IMG/VR virus record: IMGVR_UViG_3300046170_000505
Strand: one strand, 5' to 3'
From: a virus
DNA: 64,000 nt
The notes below the pieces were generated by a model, which did not search any database, had not been told where the DNA came from, and saw only the letters and a list, made by a program, of their open reading frames with translations. The position numbers and the translations under genes are program-made. Of the stretch, positions 9,483 through 19,112 are shown in pieces. Position 1 is the first letter of the stretch, and every line of letters starts with the position of its first letter.

Positions 9483-9737
9483 ATGATTAAGACTTTGATA
9501 AATAAATTAAATAGTTTCTCTAATCGCGTAAGAAATAATTTCCACAAGTATTATATTGTTTACAGATGCCAAGATGGAAAGACGAAAACTTATATGGTGG
9601 GAGATATCAATCTTTACAATTCCTTCAGCAACAAAAACGAAAAAAGAGATAATGCAGGGTTCAAAGCTTATTGTTTTGCCCGAAAACAAATTCGTTCTTT
9701 CCGACATGATAGAATAGTATCGATCACTAAAAAATAG
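9483..9737 (+). CDS. stand-alone WYL-like domain protein
   Basis: Y..DG.....AYCFARKQIRSFRHDRI; paralogue of 57941..58171. Confidence 0.6.
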   Translation: MIKTLINKLNSFSNRVRNNFHKYYIVYRCQDGKTKTYMVGDINLYNSFSNKNEKRDNAGFKAYCFARKQIRSFRHDRIVSITKK

Positions 9738-9739
9738 TT

Positions 9740-10318
9740 TTGTTTGATTTAGTTTTACCCTCGTTATTACTAGCGAGTTTGGCTTTTTTTGCCTATTTTT
9801 ATTTTTCTCGTGTAAATAAAAACAGCTCCATTGATTTAGAGAAAATACTAGAGAGAGAACAAAAAACCAAAATAGAATTTGAAAAAAAACTTGAATTATT
9901 ACAAAACCAAGTTATTACTTTAAAAGAAAACAACGTAAAACTAGATTCATCTTATTTAAACTTAAACTCAAATTACAAAGATTTAGAATCAAGTTCCCTA
10001 AAAAATGTCAAATCCCTCGAAGAGCAACTCAGTGAATTATCAGAGGAAAAAAGAAAAATCGTCTCACAAAAGAAAAGTAGCGAAGTCAGGCTTGGTCACA
10101 TAGCCGAAACACTAGCTCCTTTTCTAGATCAATTCAACTTTAACCCAGAACATTGCATTTTCCTCGGAAGACCTATTGACTACATTTCTTTTGGAAGTAA
10201 AGAAATCACCTTTATTGAAATAAAAAGCGGCAAAAGCCAACTAAACTCAAAACAAAGATTAATTAGAGACCAAGTCCACAATAAGGAAGTAGCTTGGAAA
10301 GAGATTAGAATAATTTAA
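9740..10318 (+). CDS. membrane-anchored Holliday-junction-resolvase-like PD-(D/E)XK endonuclease
   Basis: N-terminal TM and coiled coil; G.IAE.LAPF..FLGRPIDYI..FIEIKSG..L...Q. Confidence 0.8.
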   Translation: MFDLVLPSLLLASLAFFAYFYFSRVNKNSSIDLEKILEREQKTKIEFEKKLELLQNQVITLKENNVKLDSSYLNLNSNYKDLESSSLKNVKSLEEQLSELSEEKRKIVSQKKSSEVRLGHIAETLAPFLDQFNFNPEHCIFLGRPIDYISFGSKEITFIEIKSGKSQLNSKQRLIRDQVHNKEVAWKEIRII

Positions 10319-10332
10319 CCCACAAACTAAAT

Positions 10333-10980
10333 ATGAAAAATAAAATCGTATCACTGTTGACCGCCCTAGGGCTTTCTTTTAACGTCGCTTCTGCGAGTAA
10401 CTCTGCGAGTATTGGATATGCATCTGATTTCTTTTACAGGGGATCTCAAAAAGCAGAAGAATCTGTAAAAACTTCTGTAATGCTTTCGCATTCTACTGAA
10501 TTAGCTAGCTTGAGCGCTCATGTATGCTCTAACCAAGCTGTTTCTTCTGGAAATGATAGCTACCATATGGGATTTGGAGCCAGCAAATCTTTTGCCGATC
10601 TTCTCTCTGTTTATGTTGGATTTAATCATTTTGAAGATGTCCCAGGCTCTTCATTATCTGAAGTTGAGATGTCTTTTAGTCTAGACAAGGCTTTCTCGCC
10701 CAAGCTCTCTGTTTATCGTGACTTAGACGAGTCTATTTACACTGTAGAGGGTGGAGTATCTTATTCTGTGGACAGCCCTATTGGCTTTGTTCAACTCGAT
10801 GCTTTGGCTGGTAACACAGAGCTTAATGAAGTTTCTGATTTAGACTATTATGTTCTAGGAGCTTCTGTCTCTTACGATCTCTCAGAATCATCCGCTTTAG
10901 GTTTTTCGGTTGACTATGTTGACCCAGAAAACACAGATGAAGAATTCGTCGTTGGCACTTCTTTGAGTTTTAATTTCTAA
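10333..10980 (+). CDS. outer-membrane beta-barrel protein
   Basis: Signal peptide; YASDFFYRG; alternating beta strands; terminal LSFNF. Confidence 0.75.
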   Translation: MKNKIVSLLTALGLSFNVASASNSASIGYASDFFYRGSQKAEESVKTSVMLSHSTELASLSAHVCSNQAVSSGNDSYHMGFGASKSFADLLSVYVGFNHFEDVPGSSLSEVEMSFSLDKAFSPKLSVYRDLDESIYTVEGGVSYSVDSPIGFVQLDALAGNTELNEVSDLDYYVLGASVSYDLSESSALGFSVDYVDPENTDEEFVVGTSLSFNF

Positions 10981-11005
10981 TTTAAACCCCCAACAAACTA
11001 AAATT

Positions 11006-11245
11006 ATGGACAAAATCACAGAAACCTTAAAAGGCACCATCGGTGGTCTTTTTACATTATTAACCTCGGTCATTGGACTACTTGTATTAGCTTCAGTAGT
11101 CTTTGGCGAAAAAGCTGGAATGAATGTTATCAGCAATCTCCAGGGAATCGTCAATGGCTTTGTCGGCCCAGAGTCAAGCCTTGCAGGCCTCATTACTCTA
11201 GTATTGATTGTCGGCTTACTCATGAAGCAAAACGAAAAGAATTAA
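11006..11245 (+). CDS. small two-TM membrane protein
   Basis: Two hydrophobic helices. Confidence 0.7.
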   Translation: MDKITETLKGTIGGLFTLLTSVIGLLVLASVVFGEKAGMNVISNLQGIVNGFVGPESSLAGLITLVLIVGLLMKQNEKN

Positions 11246-11267
11246 TCTCTTTTAAATTTTGACGATT

Positions 11268-11298
11268 AGGGGGGCTTTTTAGCCCCCCTTTTTTTTTT
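11268..11298 (+). terminator. intrinsic terminator
   Basis: AGGGGGGCT-TTTT-AGCCCCCCT followed by a T run. Confidence 0.9.
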
Positions 11299-11357
11299 CG
11301 AAAAATTTTCCGCAGATTAAGTTGAAATACAGTGGACTATATATTATAATAGAAGAA

Positions 11358-11573
11358 ATGAGTGATGAAAATTTTTATGTTGGAGGGCCAAGAGACTACG
11401 ATGAGCAAACTGATGCTTTTCGCTTCGATTTAGACAGTTTAGTTTATAGATATATAGATGAATTTGATATTAATACATACGTTATGGTAGGAGCTCTTCA
11501 AGAAAAAATAAAAGAGTTACTAGAAGCTAATGACAGTGAAATAGAAATGGATTTTGAAGACGATGAAGACTAA
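11358..11573 (+). CDS. acidic hypothetical protein
   Basis: ATG start preferred over the upstream TTG. Confidence 0.6.
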   Translation: MSDENFYVGGPRDYDEQTDAFRFDLDSLVYRYIDEFDINTYVMVGALQEKIKELLEANDSEIEMDFEDDED

Positions 11574-12132
11574 AGTTATAGGTATTACTGGTTTTGCTAG
11601 ATCAGGAAAAGATACTTTTTACAATTACAGCTCTAAAATTTTAGACAAAGCTAATTGCACAAGATATGCTTTTGCAGACGCACTTAAGGATGAATGCGAT
11701 TCTTTCTTAAAAGATAATGTTGGTATTTCTTCTTTTACGGAAGATTTAGTCGATAAAGAATTTATAAGACCTTTTTTAGTGACATATGGAACGCATCTAA
11801 GGAGAAAAAAAGACCCAAATTGTTGGGTTAAAAAAGTTGAAAGATTAATACAAGAAAATATTTCAGATTCATCTAAAAATTTTGTTTTTATAACTGATGT
11901 GAGGTTTAAAAATGAAGCCGAATGGGTTAAATCGCTAGGGGGTTATATATTTCAAATCACAAGAGAGGGTTTTGGTCCTGCCAACGAAGAAGAGCACGTT
12001 CAATCCGCGTTAATCAAACCTCTTGTTGATTTTCATGTTATGTGGCCTACGCTTGGAGAAAATATTGATTCTTGCGTAAAATACATAAAACCTATTATCA
12101 AAAAAAATTTCCGCGAGCATACTAGCTCATAG
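11554..12132 (+). CDS. deoxynucleoside monophosphate kinase (phage type)
   Basis: GITGFARSGKDT; FADALK; R.FL..YGT; ITDVRF.NE. Confidence 0.88.
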   Translation: MKTMKTKVIGITGFARSGKDTFYNYSSKILDKANCTRYAFADALKDECDSFLKDNVGISSFTEDLVDKEFIRPFLVTYGTHLRRKKDPNCWVKKVERLIQENISDSSKNFVFITDVRFKNEAEWVKSLGGYIFQITREGFGPANEEEHVQSALIKPLVDFHVMWPTLGENIDSCVKYIKPIIKKNFREHTSS

Positions 12133-12142
12133 TGGACTATAT

Positions 12143-12313
12143 ATGAAAGAATCTTCTCAAAAAAAATATCTTAATACTGAAAAGGGGAAACAATCTCTTT
12201 CTAAAGCTCAAAAAAAATACGATTCCGAAAATATTGAAAAAAGAAAAGAGCAAAAAAGAAATTATATGCGCAGAAAAAGGGCTGAAAACCCTAATTACTG
12301 CAAATGGAAGTAG
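12143..12313 (+). CDS. small basic hypothetical protein (56 aa)
   Basis: MKESSQKKY...YMRRKR..; not in the ORF track. Confidence 0.55.
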   Translation: MKESSQKKYLNTEKGKQSLSKAQKKYDSENIEKRKEQKRNYMRRKRAENPNYCKWK

Positions 12314-12359
12314 ATTATCCTATTGACATGTATAGTTAAATATGTTTTAATATTTAGCA

Positions 12360-13229
12360 ATGAAAAGCAATCGAGGTCGAAAAAGAAAATCAATCCAAGG
12401 AAAATTGCGCAATCAAAACTTTTCCTTTGATCAATACTGGTGTCTGCATTTTACGGAAAAATATACAGACCAATCAGAAAAAGACTTTAAATGCATAATA
12501 AAGGCTAGGTCAGCTAACTTTGCAAGAAAAATACTCTCTTTAAAAATTAAAGAAGAGTATCCAAAGACTAAGATTAAGTCTATATCCTGTACAATGCTTC
12601 GAAAAAAATCCGAGATTAATACAAAAAAACTTACCTTAAAAGACTGGGATTGCGTAAAAAAATGCTCTTTTCCCAATGAAGTTAATATTTTATTCAAGCA
12701 TAATAACCCAAGACCCGATGGTTACACAAATAGATTTAACAGTCAATCTTCTCCAAAAAATGGTTTCCAAAAAGGAGAGGATGCGAGGAGGGCTCCTAAA
12801 AGAAAAATTTATACAAAAGAAGAAAAATCCCATATGCTATATGACGGTTCTTGGAAGCCTTGGCCTAAAAAAGATCGAGACGGTTTGTTAGAAAAATTAA
12901 TCATATCTTTCAAGCTTCATGACAATGTCCGATCAAAAGTTGCTAAAAACCTTGGGATAAGTATTAAAGAGCTTAAAAGCTTGCTTACTAAAAAATTCAT
13001 AGAAATTGACTGGGAAAAAGACTACCCAGTTTCTCGCGAAATAAAAGAAAAGCACAGGCTTCTTTTAAAAAAGGGCAGACAAGAAAAAACTTTGTCCCGC
13101 ATCCTAAAACTACAACATATTATAGAGGGATACATAACGTCCAATAAAACCAAAAAGTTCATGAAAGAATCACTAGGCATATCTCATGACTTTTTAAATA
13201 AGTGCATAAAGCATTATGAACTCAATTAA
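12360..13229 (+). CDS. basic putative HTH DNA-binding protein
   Basis: RSKVAKNLGISIKEL and KESLGISHDFL HTH-like segments. Confidence 0.5.
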   Translation: MKSNRGRKRKSIQGKLRNQNFSFDQYWCLHFTEKYTDQSEKDFKCIIKARSANFARKILSLKIKEEYPKTKIKSISCTMLRKKSEINTKKLTLKDWDCVKKCSFPNEVNILFKHNNPRPDGYTNRFNSQSSPKNGFQKGEDARRAPKRKIYTKEEKSHMLYDGSWKPWPKKDRDGLLEKLIISFKLHDNVRSKVAKNLGISIKELKSLLTKKFIEIDWEKDYPVSREIKEKHRLLLKKGRQEKTLSRILKLQHIIEGYITSNKTKKFMKESLGISHDFLNKCIKHYELN

Positions 13230-14106
13230 AGAAAATTTATTCAATGACTGGCTATCTGAATATCAATCAGACTTTGCAAAAATTGTCGGCAAACATAGAT
13301 TAGACAGGCACCCCCTTAGTGCTGAAGAAATTATTTCTGAAATAAATATTGGCATCTTGAAGAAAAAAGATTCCCTTATTTATGGGGAAGGTTCTGTTAT
13401 GGACTGCCATTCTACCTTTAAAAAGGTTGCTTATGCTTTTGCTAGAAATTTTGTTTCTTGGACTGCTGATGGAGTTAGTTTAAAAGATAAAAAATATCTC
13501 ACTTTAAGAAAGGATGGAGTTGTTTCTACAGAAGACGAAGGAGAAATTTCATTATTTGAATATGTTTCTCAAACTATTGGGTCCGAAGATCCTTTTTTCA
13601 AAAAATTTAACACTTCAAAAAAATTCAGTAATATCATGAAGTGGATTTTACAATACAGTGAATTTCTTAGCCCTCATCAAAAAAATCTACTGGAACTTGT
13701 TGTTTCGGGTCAGAAATTCAATGTTATAGCAGACTTAACAAATGTTACTCATCAAGCAATATCTGCAGCAATGATCGATATATTCGATAGCATTAAGAGT
13801 CATGTAAAAATAGATTTACTTGGCGATGGAAATGATGGTCAAAAAATAAAAGAAGGTCATGAATCAGTAAGATATCTTTTTGGAAAGGAAAGAGTTGCTG
13901 AACGTTCCTCAAACAAATCAGATTTAGATAAAATTTTAAGTCTGGTTGTGAATAATCCTAAAAAATTTACTGTTCACGATTTAGAGTCAAAGCTCAGTAA
14001 TCGCATGAGTGCTAAGCAAATTTGCGCATATTTATGCAAAAGCAAACATCACGAATTCTTAAAATATACCAGTAGGAGAAAAATCAGCGCTCAAAACAAA
14101 GCTTAA
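13216..14106 (+). CDS. sigma-factor-like protein (region-4-like HTH)
   Basis: LSPHQKNLL..G.KFNVIADLTNVTHQAIS. Confidence 0.5.
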   Translation: MNSIKENLFNDWLSEYQSDFAKIVGKHRLDRHPLSAEEIISEINIGILKKKDSLIYGEGSVMDCHSTFKKVAYAFARNFVSWTADGVSLKDKKYLTLRKDGVVSTEDEGEISLFEYVSQTIGSEDPFFKKFNTSKKFSNIMKWILQYSEFLSPHQKNLLELVVSGQKFNVIADLTNVTHQAISAAMIDIFDSIKSHVKIDLLGDGNDGQKIKEGHESVRYLFGKERVAERSSNKSDLDKILSLVVNNPKKFTVHDLESKLSNRMSAKQICAYLCKSKHHEFLKYTSRRKISAQNKA

Positions 14107-14121
14107 TGTGTACATTTATGC

Positions 14122-14349
14122 ATGAGGCTTTCAATAACTGAATTATTTTTATGCGGCGCAATATTTTTATTGTGTTTTTTGGTTTATAAAAATGGCTCTG
14201 AGTTGAATTACGCAAAAGAAACCATATTAATTCAAGGCGAAGCTATAACCAAACAGCAAGCCTTAATCAATCATCAAATCCGCTATATTCATATGCTGGA
14301 AGCCAACGAACAAAATAACTACAGCCCTGTTCACAAGCTTCCATTATGA
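14122..14349 (+). CDS. membrane-anchored hypothetical protein
   Basis: N-terminal TM; GTGTA-N9-ATG start. Confidence 0.6.
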   Translation: MRLSITELFLCGAIFLLCFLVYKNGSELNYAKETILIQGEAITKQQALINHQIRYIHMLEANEQNNYSPVHKLPL

Positions 14350-14735
14350 CCGTATTAGAATACTTAAAATCAAACTCTTATAAATCGATATTTAATTACA
14401 TACAAAAAGAATTCTACCCTTCAGACATTTATAAAAATGAAGAAATAATGTCTAAAGACATGTTCTTTCATAGATTGTATTTATCTTTATGTTCTTTAGA
14501 TATTGAACATTTAAGCAAGCACAAGTTGTATGTCACTCAATTTTACGACAAAGAAGAAAAAATTGACATTTGTGTTTTAGAAGAAATGGAAGATGCACTT
14601 TTGCCTTTAGATTTGTTTTCATGCAGCCAGCTTTTATCCTTAAACGTAGAAAAAGCTTTAAAAATAAAAGATTCAAATTGGTTGGCTTTTTTTATGTATA
14701 AAATTACTCAATTTAAAGTATCATTAAATCTATGA
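14346..14735 (+). CDS. hypothetical protein
   Basis: Translationally coupled ORF. Confidence 0.6.
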   Translation: MTVLEYLKSNSYKSIFNYIQKEFYPSDIYKNEEIMSKDMFFHRLYLSLCSLDIEHLSKHKLYVTQFYDKEEKIDICVLEEMEDALLPLDLFSCSQLLSLNVEKALKIKDSNWLAFFMYKITQFKVSLNL

Positions 14736-15247
14736 ACATGTATAACTTGCCCACCCATCCTCAAAGCCCAAAAATAGTTAGATCTGTTATTGAAATTGAA
14801 GAAGGGTCAAAAAATAAATATGAATACAACGGCGACCTAGGAGTATTTGAATATGATAGATGCCTGACTTCTGCCATGGTTTACCCCGCCAGTTATGGTT
14901 TTGTACCAAACACCTTATGTGATGACGGAGACCCTTTAGATATATTGGTTGTTAGCCCTGAACCCATAAAAAGAGCTACAGTTGTAAACACAAAGGTTTT
15001 AGGTGTTTTAGATATGGATGATGAAGGTGCCAAGGATTACAAAATAATTGGCGTACCAACTCATTATTCAAAAAAATATTATAACCTTAAAAGCTTAGAG
15101 CCAAGCTTCCTTCAAATTGCTAAAAATTTCTTCTCTCATTATAAAGATTTATCTCTTAGCGGCGAAAAAGTAAAAGTTTATCAATGGCACAGCAAAGATA
15201 TCGCTTTTGATATAATTAAAGAAAGTATAACAAAATGGACTCACTGA
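14732..15247 (+). CDS. ppa: family I inorganic pyrophosphatase
   Basis: NKYE; YPASYGFVPNTL; DGDPLDILV; DYKII; FFSHYK. Confidence 0.95.
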   Translation: MNMYNLPTHPQSPKIVRSVIEIEEGSKNKYEYNGDLGVFEYDRCLTSAMVYPASYGFVPNTLCDDGDPLDILVVSPEPIKRATVVNTKVLGVLDMDDEGAKDYKIIGVPTHYSKKYYNLKSLEPSFLQIAKNFFSHYKDLSLSGEKVKVYQWHSKDIAFDIIKESITKWTH

Positions 15248-15362
15248 TTGTTATTTTTGCGCTTGGCGTTCTTTATTTTATAGCTTGTAAAAACAAGTAT
15301 GAATGGGGAATAAGGTCTGTATTAAATAAAACAAGCCGCAAGTAAAAGTGTAATCCACTTAC

Positions 15363-16967
15363 GTGGATATCGATAAAATATTTGTTATAAATCTTAATGA
15401 CCGCAAAGATAAGTGGTCTAGTTTTGAAATTATACATGACAAAGTCGAAAGATTTGAGGCTGTTGACTCAAGAACAAATCAATTCATAAATAAAGACTTT
15501 AATTTAAAACTTTTCCCAGTCGGCTTAAATCAAGAAATTTATTTTTCTCAATTTCCTGGTGCAATAGGATGCTATTTAAGTCACTATTTGCTTTGGCAAA
15601 AGATAGTCAAAGAAAAAATACAGACTTCTTTAATTTTAGAAGACGATGCTAACGCTTGCGATGTAGATTATTTTTTAAAATCAAACCCTTCGTACTCAAA
15701 ACACTACGACTTAATACAACTAAATAAACGTAGCCCTAAAAACCCTCAATTTTTTAATGGTACTGAAAGTTATATTCTAACTTTAAAAGGCGCCAAAAAA
15801 CTTATTAATTTAACAAATAATCATTCTTGCTTCCAAGGATTATTTCGCTCTTTACCGCCAAGTAGAGCTGGCTATAACTATTCAAAATATGCTTGCTATA
15901 CACAAGAAGGTTCTCAAAATTGGTGTGAACCTAATTCTATTTGCGCAGCAGTTGATAGATTTATAGGCTTTTGTTCTTTCGAATCTATTTCATTTAGAAA
16001 TCGTTTAACAATTAATTTTGATCGGCGTATAGGTTTATCAAAATTAAATTCAGATTTAAAAACTGAAGATGTCAAACCCTACTGGCTGATGACTGAGAAT
16101 GAAACAAGTGCGTTCATTGATTCCAAAGATTTCAAATGGTGGGAAAATCAAAAGAGTATAAATAAATTTTTTGTAATAAATCTTGAAGACAGGCTGCATA
16201 GATATGAAGAATTTAAAAAAATTGGAGACATAGAGAGGTTTCCAGCTATAGATTCTAGGTCAAATTTTCACGTATATAAAGATTACGGTTTTGATCTAAA
16301 CTTAATGGGCTTAGCTAGTGACCTTTATTTTTCTCAAGCACCTGGAGCTGTAGGAATTTATTTAAGCCACTATTCTATATGGAAAAAGATGATTGAAGAA
16401 GATATCGAGCTTTGCATGATCATGGAGGACGATGCCGAGACTCAGGACGTTTCCGATTACTTGTCTAAAAATAATCAATTTGATATTGATAATTATGATT
16501 TTTTTCAGTTAGGTAAGCGTTGCTCAAACGAATTAAGAGAATATTGTGGAAATTTTGACGGTTTAGAATCTTATGTGCTGACAAAAAAAGGTGCTGAAAT
16601 ACTTGTTAATGCTACCCATGATAATTCTTATTTTAATAATATTATCCATATAAAACCAAAAGGCTGGTTTCAAGGCGAAAACCCAAAGAAGTTTGATATT
16701 TTTAAAGATGAACCGCGCCAATTATGGGATAAAAAAAACTCTATAGCCTGTGCTGTCGATAAATTTATAGGTTATTGCGCCCACCCTAAAATAAACGCTT
16801 CAAAAAGATTGAGAATTAAAATAATGCCCAGAATTAATTTGCATAGTCAAGAAGTTAGCTCTGATGTTATGAATTTGAAAGATGCGCCTTGGTGGAACAA
16901 GAGCGAAGAAGAATTAAATTCTTTTTTAAATTCTAAACAATTCAAATATTGGGAAAATGAATCCTAA
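15363..16967 (+). CDS. glycosyltransferase family 25, internally duplicated (two GT25 domains)
   Basis: FVINL..R..ERF.A.D..G..G.YLSH..W....EDDA occurs twice. Confidence 0.85.
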   Translation: MDIDKIFVINLNDRKDKWSSFEIIHDKVERFEAVDSRTNQFINKDFNLKLFPVGLNQEIYFSQFPGAIGCYLSHYLLWQKIVKEKIQTSLILEDDANACDVDYFLKSNPSYSKHYDLIQLNKRSPKNPQFFNGTESYILTLKGAKKLINLTNNHSCFQGLFRSLPPSRAGYNYSKYACYTQEGSQNWCEPNSICAAVDRFIGFCSFESISFRNRLTINFDRRIGLSKLNSDLKTEDVKPYWLMTENETSAFIDSKDFKWWENQKSINKFFVINLEDRLHRYEEFKKIGDIERFPAIDSRSNFHVYKDYGFDLNLMGLASDLYFSQAPGAVGIYLSHYSIWKKMIEEDIELCMIMEDDAETQDVSDYLSKNNQFDIDNYDFFQLGKRCSNELREYCGNFDGLESYVLTKKGAEILVNATHDNSYFNNIIHIKPKGWFQGENPKKFDIFKDEPRQLWDKKNSIACAVDKFIGYCAHPKINASKRLRIKIMPRINLHSQEVSSDVMNLKDAPWWNKSEEELNSFLNSKQFKYWENES

Positions 16968-17850
16968 AATCACTATAGCAATATGCACCTACGACAATTA
17001 TAAAATTTTGTCCATCTGTTTGCGTTCTTTACTAAACCAATCTTGCCAAAGGTTTTTTTATGAAATTTTAGTTTTAGACAACACTCCGCACAAAGACTCT
17101 ACCTATAAAAACGAATGTATTGATATCTGCAATACGTTTGGTTTTGTTTATTTAAACAAGGAAACAAACGGTTTATCTGGAGCCAGAAATGAATGCGTTA
17201 AAAACTGTCGCACAGATCTAATACATTTTATAGACGATGATACAGTTTTGCCTGCAAACTTTATAGAAGAGTCAATAAATTGTTTTTATCTAGATGAAAC
17301 TCTTGCTGCATTCGGAGGGAAAGTTGTTCCCGACTGGAGGTTTGTTGATCGCCCTGCTTGGCTTAGCGATGATTATTTAGGTTTTTTGTCCATGGTTGAC
17401 TTTGGTAATGATAAGAAAATTTTTGGAGATGGTTTTAATTGGCTAGCTGGAGCAAATATTTGTTTTAAAAAATCTGTTTTTGAAAACTATGGTTTTTTTG
17501 ATGAATCTTTGGGGAGAAAAGGCGGGACATCTAGCCTTCTTGGCGCCGAAGAGAATAATTTATTAAGAAACATGATCAAAAAAGAAAAAGTTATATACAA
17601 TCCATTTTCCATGCTTTCTCATATTGTCCCACCAGAAAGAGTTTGTCAATCTTGGTTTATTAAAAGAGCTTCCTGGGGTGTTGTTTCAGATATACTTATT
17701 AATTGCCCTTGGGGTTCTTACTCTAAAGATTTCCTTAAAGACAATATGCACGTGTTGTTAGAAGAAGCTCAAGATGAAGAAGTTTTTAAATTAAGAATGA
17801 AATTAGCCCATGAGTTAAATTATGGACTTTTAAAAACAGGATTATTATGA
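16957..17850 (+). CDS. glycosyltransferase family 2
   Basis: IAICTY; VLDN; GLSGARN; FIDDD; GANI; GAEE. Confidence 0.92.
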   Translation: MNPKITIAICTYDNYKILSICLRSLLNQSCQRFFYEILVLDNTPHKDSTYKNECIDICNTFGFVYLNKETNGLSGARNECVKNCRTDLIHFIDDDTVLPANFIEESINCFYLDETLAAFGGKVVPDWRFVDRPAWLSDDYLGFLSMVDFGNDKKIFGDGFNWLAGANICFKKSVFENYGFFDESLGRKGGTSSLLGAEENNLLRNMIKKEKVIYNPFSMLSHIVPPERVCQSWFIKRASWGVVSDILINCPWGSYSKDFLKDNMHVLLEEAQDEEVFKLRMKLAHELNYGLLKTGLL

Positions 17851-18503
17851 TTATATCGCACAAGCATAAGTTCATCTTTATTCATATTCCAAAATGCGCA
17901 GGAAGCACGATTTGTTATAGCTTGATAAACAATTTGTATTTAAAAAATTCTCCTCATAAAGGTAGTTTCAATCAATTAGATCCAAGTATAGCGGAAGTGT
18001 TTAAAGTAGTCGTAAATCAGGGCAATTCACATGAATTAAATCAACACGATACCCTGAAAGATATTAAAAGTTATCTAAGTAAAAAAAATTTAAACATCAA
18101 TGATTATTTCAAATTTTCGTTTATGAGAAACCCCTGGGAAAGAAGAGTATCACAATATTTCTATGCAAAAAGAATGGCAAAAAAAGATTTTGAGTGGGCA
18201 AAAAAAATTTCAGCAATATCATTTTATGAATTTATTACAAAACGAAATTCAGATTCACAATTAAATTGGGTGAGTGATAGAAAAGACAATATTGCAGTAG
18301 ATTTTTTGGGTTCAGGTAAAAATTTGCAAAATGAATTTAACGTTGTCTGTGAAAAAATAGGAATTTCACACATACAGCTCCCGTATAAGAATGTTACGAA
18401 GCATAAACACTACACCGAATACTATAATGACGAAACCCGCCAAATAGTCGCTGAAAAATGCGCAAAAGATATTGAGTATTTTAATTATGAATTTGGAGCA
18501 TAG
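17847..18503 (+). CDS. sulfotransferase (Sulfotransfer_2-like)
   Basis: FIHIPKCAGST 5'-PSB loop; RNPWERRVS 3'-PB motif. Confidence 0.9.
   Translation: MIISHKHKFIFIHIPKCAGSTICYSLINNLYLKNSPHKGSFNQLDPSIAEVFKVVVNQGNSHELNQHDTLKDIKSYLSKKNLNINDYFKFSFMRNPWERRVSQYFYAKRMAKKDFEWAKKISAISFYEFITKRNSDSQLNWVSDRKDNIAVDFLGSGKNLQNEFNVVCEKIGISHIQLPYKNVTKHKHYTEYYNDETRQIVAEKCAKDIEYFNYEFGA
18402..18488 (+). repeat. 87-bp exact direct repeat, copy 1
   Basis: Identical to 19011-19097. Confidence 0.9.
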
Positions 18504-18518
18504 AACAGAAAAAACAAT

Positions 18519-19112
18519 ATGAATAATAAAAAATTTTTACATACAATTTCAAGCAACATAATATGGTATCTTACACCGAAGTGTGGTAGTAGAACATTAC
18601 ATAATATATTCAGAAAAAACAATATAAACTTTCCAACTGAGAGATATGATCAAGTTCCAAACTTTGCTAAAAATTATTTTTCCTTTTCAATTGCCAGAAA
18701 CCCGTGGGATCGTTTGGTTTCTTGTTGGATGCAAAAAATAATTACACAAGAACCTACAGAGGAACAATTTAGAAGAGGCATTAGATGGGAACTAAATTAC
18801 CAAAAACCAAGTTTTAAAGATTTTATAAAAATAATTTCAGATGATGAAAATATCACAAAAGATAGTCATTGGGATCTATATTTTAATATAATTCCAGTAA
18901 GTGATATTGACTTCATTGGTCGTTTTGAAAACCTCCAACAAGACTTTGACATCATCTGTGACAAAATCGGAATTCCACAACAACAACTTCCACATAAAAA
19001 CAAAACAAAACATAAACACTACACCGAATACTATAATGACGAAACCCGCCAAATAGTCGCTGAAAAATGCGCAAAAGATATTGAGTATTTTAATTATAAA
19101 TTCGGCGAATGA
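18519..19112 (+). CDS. sulfotransferase (Sulfotransfer_2-like)
   Basis: PKCGSRT; RNPWDRLVS; FIGRFENL. Confidence 0.9.
   Translation: MNNKKFLHTISSNIIWYLTPKCGSRTLHNIFRKNNINFPTERYDQVPNFAKNYFSFSIARNPWDRLVSCWMQKIITQEPTEEQFRRGIRWELNYQKPSFKDFIKIISDDENITKDSHWDLYFNIIPVSDIDFIGRFENLQQDFDIICDKIGIPQQQLPHKNKTKHKHYTEYYNDETRQIVAEKCAKDIEYFNYKFGE
19011..19097 (+). repeat. 87-bp exact direct repeat, copy 2
   Basis: Identical to 18402-18488. Confidence 0.9.

Noticed and set aside
18402-19097. 87-bp repeat as a DGR template/variable pair
   Set aside because: The copies are identical with no adenine-specific mismatches, both are coding, and no reverse transcriptase is present.
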